DNA of 57,825 nt, counting the filler, from Sphacelaria rigidula (Eukaryota), in the NCBI GenBank assembly GCA_964200075.2. It is 8 parts of 8 records of this genome, joined end to end, with 100 filler letters (N's around TTAATTAATTAA, not from the genome) between each part and the next. Parts side by side here need not be neighbours in the genome. Positions count along the whole stretch, not along the records: positions 50,686 to 57,825 come from CAXNAA020016294.1; 7 more parts are not named here. One strand, written 5' to 3'. This document shows, piece by piece, positions 50,686-57,825 of this stretch. Numbering within the stretch: the stretch's first letter is position 1; the number at the start of each line of letters is the position of its first letter. The position numbers and the translations under genes are program-made. Under the pieces are notes generated by a model. That model was given only the letters and a program-made list of their open reading frames with translations. It was not told where the DNA came from and made no database searches.

Positions 50686-53322
50686 TCCGTCCCGGCTTTG
50701 TAGGGTGGCGAGGTCAATGGGCTGATGACTATGGCATGCATGATCATGAGTACACCCCCATGGTACTGGCGTCGGTTTGCTATGACGCTGTAAAGCACGC
50801 CACTCACTGCGTGAGCTAGGCAACCAGGCTCCTGTTTTTTTCGCGTCAGCTATGATGTTGGTCGAGCGATATCATATTATGCGTGATGGGAGAACCTCAA
50901 TTCCTCACGAAGGGATTATCATATCACGTAGTATAGAAATGGTGAGACATCCATGGAGCTGCGTCCAACCCGTGGCTGTCTCTGGAAGGGATGATACCAG
51001 AAAATAGAGCAACTCATTGGAGGCTGTCGTCCATGTGCGAGAGAATCAGTACGCTTCGGGCCGAACAACCTTTGCAGGATGCAGCTCACCCTTCATGCGA
51101 CTTGCCGTACACATCATGGCGCTTCGCGATTGGTGATAGATTGCGAGCCTGGTTTGTCGAAAATCCGGCGTGCTTTGTCCCGGCTTTTTAGGGATGCGAG
51201 GTCAATGGCCACATGACTACGGCATGCAAGATCATGAGCCATCCCCCCCCCCTTCCCCCCCCCCTCTCCAACTGCCTCCCGACCACCAACGGCTGTATTG
51301 CATGTGCGTCGCGTGGTTGTATTTACTGCGTTTCCTCAGGCCGGAGAGTAAAAAGACGAAGTAGGGAGCACAGCTGCTGCCGAGATCGGGGCGCTTGTGT
51401 GATGACCACGCACAGGGCGTCAAGGGTAGCACGTTTGTCAATATCGGATGCAAGGCGAGCATTCGTCGGGGGAAATAAAAAGAGGAGGATTCCGTGGAAC
51501 GTGTTTGATTATTCTTCGCCTGCCGAAGTGAGGAAAACTTTGTTGAGGACTGCAGAAGTTTCCGATGTTCGTAGCATTTTTTCATCTGGTGCTCGCAGAC
51601 TCAACCATTTGTTGAGCTACTGAATCCCGTAATGTCTCCGATGTCCTCCCTCTAGTACTGCGGACGTGTTGAGAAATGGTTTCGGTTGTAATGCCTTGCT
51701 GCAACGGAGACTTCCAAATGATCAACTATCGAAAATATTGTAGACTCTGGACAATAGACACATCAACACTCAATCGCCTCAACAAGAGACGCGGGGAGAA
51801 CTTATCGATATAGATTGTCAAACACAATGGATGGTGAAGAACATCTATCGATATATGTTGCACGCGCCAATGGATGTTGCAAGCGTCGATCAACAGTCTA
51901 TCGTATTTGCAGAATAAATAATTGAGAGTCACTGGCCATCGATAGACATCGTATTCTCCAATGTATTTTCGAACGAATGCCGATTCCAGTTTCACAAAGT
52001 GAAGTTGGTCCCTGTTGCGGGTAAAAATCTGACTCACCGTTTTCTTGCGACTCGATTCTTACGCGGCATTTCGTTTAAGTAGATGTTTCCACTTTAAAAT
52101 CTTTATCGAAGTTTTTTTTGGGATAACGTTGTCAGTCAGGGATCAAACGGATCTTGCTCCAACGGGCACCTGGACACACAGCAGTTGCTGCTGCCTACCT
52201 AGTATCATCCTCCAAATCGGAGTCATGAGTGAGAACGTCGAGCGTTTGATGCCCATGTACAGTGTTGACTACATGTGGTATGATGCTCCAAAACGTACCC
52301 GACAAGGGGGCAACATCGCCGTACAGACAGTAGCAATGCTAGCGGATTCCACGTCCGGACAGTCTGGCAGCCGGTAAGGTGGTTACGGTAGTGTCCCTCT
52401 AGCGATATATACGTACTGCACTGGAGCAGAGTTTGCAGGTGAATATTTCGGTGATTGCCACACCTGTAGTTCGCCCAAATGTCGCGTATTTCTTCACGAT
52501 ATAACTGAATAACACAACATACATTTACACATGGAAATGTACTAGAGCCAGGACGAACACGATGTTGAAAGTGTACTGCGCACAGTCAGGGTGCTGTCGT
52601 CCCATCTATCATGGACGCCGGTCGCCACCTTTCGGTATGGTTGGGCGCACCAGCCTGTGTTACTATACAGCTACAGTACCCCCAAGATATAGGCAGCCAC
52701 TACAGCGGTGGAGACGGCCTTTCACTCCTGCGTGCGCCACCTGGGGCAAACGCACGCTGTAGCTGCAACACGGACAGCCTTACAAAATGTGAGGTAGCAA
52801 TATAGCGCGTAGTGAGGCGTGATATCCTGTGTAGACGTCGGCTGCGATACAAGCGGCAGTATTCATGATGTGGCGAACTGCATAGGACAACGCGAGATCA
52901 ATGCAGGGCAGTGGTTGGCTAAGGATGTGACGTCCTGCGGTGTGCTTTGGCACCCTGAACGCTGCCGCTGTGCAGTGAGCAGGTAGTACCACCGAACGTG
53001 TCACGCTGCGGTTGGTGCGCAGTGTTGGCTTCACACCAGGGGTAGCACGAAGCTAGCGGCTGGCGACCGTGAACGATTGCAGTCGAGCGGAGTGATCCTC
53101 GAACTCGTGCGTAACAGACTATTGAGTCCGACCAGCACCGCATCATAAGGCCAAGCAGGGACTCACTTTCGCGTGCAGAAGAGGTGCTCTTGACTTGTTT
53201 GCAAGCGGGATGTCTCCAAGTGTGGCTGATAGCTTTTGTTATTAGGCTTGCTAGGTTTCTAAAACACGACTGAGCGGCTGGGGGGTGAACTGCAAAACCC
53301 GACTGGAATATAATCCGACTAA

Positions 53323-53565
53323 GGCTGGATGTTATGGCAAACAGATTTTTGGCCCACGGATTGTTCACTCTCATGACGTTTGGCCCTTCTTTTGACCCAC
53401 AAGCCGAGAAAACCGCCAACACACGTCTCGGACACCTTGCATCACCCCACAGAGAGGAGCCTAGTCTGCTTTTCAGATTCGCTTGGCTTCAAGGTTCGAA
53501 ATTGGCCGCGGAACAAAGATTTGCGCGTAAGAATCTGTGCCTGCCAACCCCCGCCAGTTTGCAAA
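53323..53565. mobile_element. Half copy of the Tourist-like MITE at 12524
   Basis: taa|ggctggatgttatggcaaacagatttttggcccacgga... colinear with 12524-12765. Confidence 0.8.
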
Positions 53566-54473
53566 CTTAGTGATTATCGTTCGTTGTTTTTTTTAGAATG
53601 TTGTTTCTCTCCGGAGCTTGGAAAGGGGGGTGTGCGGCCATTTTCGGGCCTGATTATTTACTTCCATTAATGCCAAGCAAGCACCGAATGTAGACAAGAT
53701 ATACTTTTCACCGGGAGGGCTCCTTGGACATGCAACACATAACCCGGTCATCGAAAGCCAACGTGAGTCCAACGGTATTAAGCTGTAGAAACACACACAC
53801 ACACACACACACACACAAAACAAAGAAAAGAGTAGGGGGAGAAACGAATAACAGGGTACGCCGAGAGAACCAGTCTGTTGGAGAGGTTGATGGCGGACGT
53901 AGTTGGGCAATCGCACACACCGGGTATGTGCCCCGGAAAGGGGTTGGTACGGGACGTGTTGAAGAATACCAACGGTGTGCGTCGGCCGCCTCCGAATACA
54001 AACAAAAGGAAAAGCCAAAGACAAAAACAAGGAAAACAGGTGGCCATGCAAGGTAGGAAGAAGGGGAAACAGGGCAGAATAAAAATTAAAAAAAAATACA
54101 AAAACTAACAAAAGACAGGGAAAGAGAACACAAAAGCTTCATACAGTAACAGGCATACGCGGCAACGGTTCACTAAAGGACGCCGACATACGCGGCTACT
54201 GGGTACTGCCGAGGGAAACGTGGGCAACCGGGCTACACGGTATTCAAGGAAACGAGACCACTAGAGGACAAGGAGAACCAGGGGGAATTCTAGAAAAAAA
54301 ACACGACGAGACCAGGGGGACTGCGATTGGCGCTAAGGAAAAACGCAGACAACCGACTCACAACATTACTTGAGAAAACGACACCAACGACAAGACAAGG
54401 AGGAGAAGAGAAAAACAGGCGGGATTTCAAAGAACACGAATAAAATCGGAAGAAACGCAATTCGCTGTCAAGA

Positions 54474-57400
54474 TTATTCCGTGTCCCACGCCGTGTCGGG
54501 GTTGCGCAAGACAGCTGTGTCGATGTCCCCTTTGTCGTGTCGTCGTAGGCACCAAGATCCTCGGCGAGCGGTCGGCATCTCGGTGTAGTAATCGTCGTGG
54601 AGACGGATCTTGAGAGGACTCGGATCATCGAGGAAGCGGATGAAGTAGGAATCGTCCGCCTCAGGATCTATCAAATGAATCTTCCCCAGTCACCACCGCG
54701 AATCCATAGCCCTGTACCAAAAATATTCACCTTCCGGCAAACGTTTCTTAGAAAAAGAGCGCAGGTATTGCGAACGAGAAATGAGACTATAGCCCGAAAT
54801 GACAAATCATGCCGAGTGTTCTCGGGCCAGTTCACGAGCTGCTGCGCCTTTTCGCATAGACCTATATCGTTTGTTTAACGGGCGGTGTTGGACGACATCT
54901 CCTACCCAATCTAAAAGTATCTCTCTTCGAAAATGACACAAATCCTCCTCCCGTTCCCACGTAACGCGCATGAGGCCTTTCCAGTGAGTCTGATACATGA
55001 CCGCAATTTCACCACCTCGACCTCGAACTAATCGATGGCCCGAGATGCGATCTAACACTACACGTTCAAGAGGACCGTCAGCGTCTTCAACCGTCATGTG
55101 GTACGGTGGGGATTTCGCCGCATACCTGGTAAGCACACACTGACTGAGTCCCATAGGCAATTGCTTGGGCATATCACTAGTGTTGTGAGGGGGCAGACAC
55201 GCCTTGCACCGCAGCATCGAGACCCGGTTTTTGGGGTTGACGCCAGGTTCATCCGTGGGAAAATCCAAATACAAGAGCTTCTCACCTACTGGTTTATCGT
55301 CAGGTGTGGTATCACAGGGCCCAACCGCCACAATCTTCCAAGGACCAGTCCACTTCAAGCAAAGCTTCGACTTCAACACCTTATCCGACGACGACTTAGC
55401 ACAGCTGGCACCTTGGGTTACAGTTCTCACATCTTTACACACCCATGCCCATTCACCTACTTTCTACACCGGACGGTTGTTCACTGCATCATCCAACATG
55501 CTGTTTGCCTTAGCTACCTTTGCTGCGTTGATCAAGTTCTGCTCCCGTACCACCTCATATGCAAGACGAAGACGATCACTAGCAGACATATGGTACTCCA
55601 CAATATCCCGATCCAAACTCTGATGACCACCAGGGGGTTTCCTGTCGAACACTGTCAATGGCAACCTGGGCATACGACCAATATGACCTTCATTGGGAGC
55701 CAAGCCTGTGGCGGCATTGACGGAGTTGTTGTAGTTCATTTGGACAAGGGGTAAGTGCAGGTCCCAGTCCGTTTGTCGCTCATTGATCACTGTGGCAAGC
55801 ATTTGCGCCATCGTGTGATGAACTCGTTCGGTCCCACCGTTTGTGGACGGATGGTATGAACTAGTAAAAATACGATTGGCACCCAGGATATTACTGATCG
55901 CGGCAGAAAGTTTCCCGGCAAAATGTGGACCGTTATCGGATAACAAAAGTTTGGGGACACCCCACTGAGGGATGTATGTGTACACAAGGACGTTGGCAGT
56001 CCCTTCTGCACTATAGTTGGCCTCCGAAACAACAATCATCACAGCATGTCGACTGAACGGATCCATAAACAACAAAATGTACTTGTTACCACTATCAGTG
56101 AGGGGCAGGGAGCCAAAGTAGTCCCATGAAACTATTTCACCAGGCCCATTGGGGAGGGGCATCGAGGTTACCGGCCATCTAACGGTTTGACGTAAAATTT
56201 TGCGTGCTTGGCAAAGAAGACACCGCAGAACCCACCAACGCACACATTGGTCCATACAAATCCATCAAAAAGAACGCTGAAGGATCTGGGAGGTCCAAGC
56301 AACGCCCAGATGTGTGGATGCTTGTGAGTGGCATTCATGGAGAACCCATGGACGCAGAAGCATCGGAACATAAATACGCACGGGGGCATCACCCAACAAA
56401 CCGGCGTAACTACTTGTAGGTTGCCCTCCAGGAGGTTCCGTGGGGGGCCGGTGAACTAAGAGAACAACGCCATCATCATCCGTATAAAGCATGCCTTGAC
56501 GCGATAATTCAGTAACTTTATCCTGTGTGGGGGCTCGGTGGGGCCCTACTGGCAAAAGGAACTCAGTTTCTGGAAAGGGGGAGGGGCATCCTTTGGATAG
56601 ATAATGTATAGCTGCTCTACAAGCAGGTTCAGCTTGCTGTTCCCGGGCCCAATCGGCGTGAGAAAAGAGGGTCAGTTCCTTGAATACACTGTCGGAGGGG
56701 TTGTCCAAAACGCAGGGGATCGAATTGAATTGCTGTGGGATGGGCACGAGGCGTTATTGGGATGAAGGACAAAGGGGGTGGTCAGTGTATTCTCAAACGG
56801 AACGTTCACCTCTATTCCTACGTTGTGGAGGGTGTCGGATGGTGTGGTACCGGCGGTGGTACCATCACGGAGTGGAGGAAGCACTGTCGAGGTCTCGACC
56901 ATGGTGGGCAGAGGTGGTTTGGGAGGTGTTGATTTTCTGGTAGCCTTGCACCGTGGAGGTAACGGGGGCGCAAGGAGGCTATCGGAGACTGGAATGGGGT
57001 TGGGGATTGGGAGGTCTGGGCCGGCTGCTGCCAGGGCGGCAGCCGTTTCTGCGGCCCGGCGTCCTCGGGTCCGGCTCGAGGTGAGGTCTCGAACTTCAAC
57101 CGGGAGGGCGCAGTCAGTAGAAACCGGCTCGACAGTGCAAACCATCCGATGACTAGACGCGCGACATTGATCATACCCGCCGGTGGTTGCACGAATTTCA
57201 CTCCTAACTGAACACAACGATCGTGGGGCCAAACTGTCCAATACAGAAGCGTGAGCCGAACGCGTCAGCTTATTTTCAATAAGTGCCGAGCTGTGGGTCA
57301 GTGAGAGTGGTGTATAGAGTCCGCGATGACCATTTGTGCTTATGAAATATACAACATCTTCGGTGGGGTCTGTGATGCGACCCAAGGCGGAGTTGTCGAT

Positions 57401-57825
57401 GGGTTGGGCTGGTAAGGATAAGCGTGACAGGAAGTCGGCGTTTGCGTTTGGGGACCTGTGCGGTACTTCAACGTGAAGTTGTAGGAAGACAGGATTTCAT
57501 ACCAGCGTTGAACCCGGGCGTTGTGTTCCGCCATCTTGGCGAGGTTTTCCAAAGACTTATGATCTGTATGAATCACAAACGGGAGGTCATACAAATATTG
57601 CTGGAGTCGTCGCACTCCCCAAACAATTGCACCTGCTTCTCGTTCCATAACGGACCAGTTTTGTTCGTTTGAGTAGGTGGTTCGGCTCAGATATACAATG
57701 GGGCGAACACTAGCATCGTCTTGTTCCTGTTCCAGTGTGCAGCCAAACCCAATTTTCGAAGAATCCGTGTGCAATCGGAACGGACGGGAGCCATTTTCAG
57801 CAGCTGATCAGTCTGGAAAAACCAG
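54474..57825 (-). mobile_element. Decayed Ty3/gypsy pol 3' half: RNase H, integrase, chromodomain and C-terminal extension
   Basis: RNase H HTDSSKIGFGC...EREAGAIVW...HTDHKSL; integrase HECH..HLG...CLLC, WDYFG, LSDNGPHF, GGTERVH; KWTGPW; chromo-like LDRISGHR...YQTHWKG...TWEREEDL. Stops and frameshifts are present. Confidence 0.92.

Noticed and set aside
51500..52500. Possible decayed coding region
   Set aside because: No motif recognised in any frame.

Overview
This is eukaryotic genomic DNA, most likely from a brown alga (Phaeophyceae). That is an inference from long GT-AG introns, TTAGGG-type repeats and a stramenopile-style Ty3/gypsy pol. The window is not one locus: it is eight unrelated contigs of 7142, 7141, 7141, 7141, 7140, 7140, 7140 and 7140 bp, sorted by length and joined by 100-bp artificial linkers (N44-TTAATTAATTAA-N44). 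Three partial, spliced housekeeping genes are recognisable: CHMP2/Vps2 (+), WDR82/Swd2 (-) and NCBP1/CBP80 (-). The rest is mostly transposon material: two decayed Ty3/gypsy elements, a probable Mutator transposase relic, a possible XPG/PIN nuclease relic, a tRNA-derived SINE family (4 copies), several MITE families with diagnostic TSDs, and minisatellites. The two most interesting observations are a ~215-bp TGT...ACA TIR element with a 5-bp TSD that carries telomere-like TTAGGG arrays (5 copies in one contig, one nested in another), and a gypsy integrase ending in a chromodomain followed by a Tudor-like module. Most ORFs in the supplied track are spurious. No CRISPR, rRNA or intact tRNA was seen.
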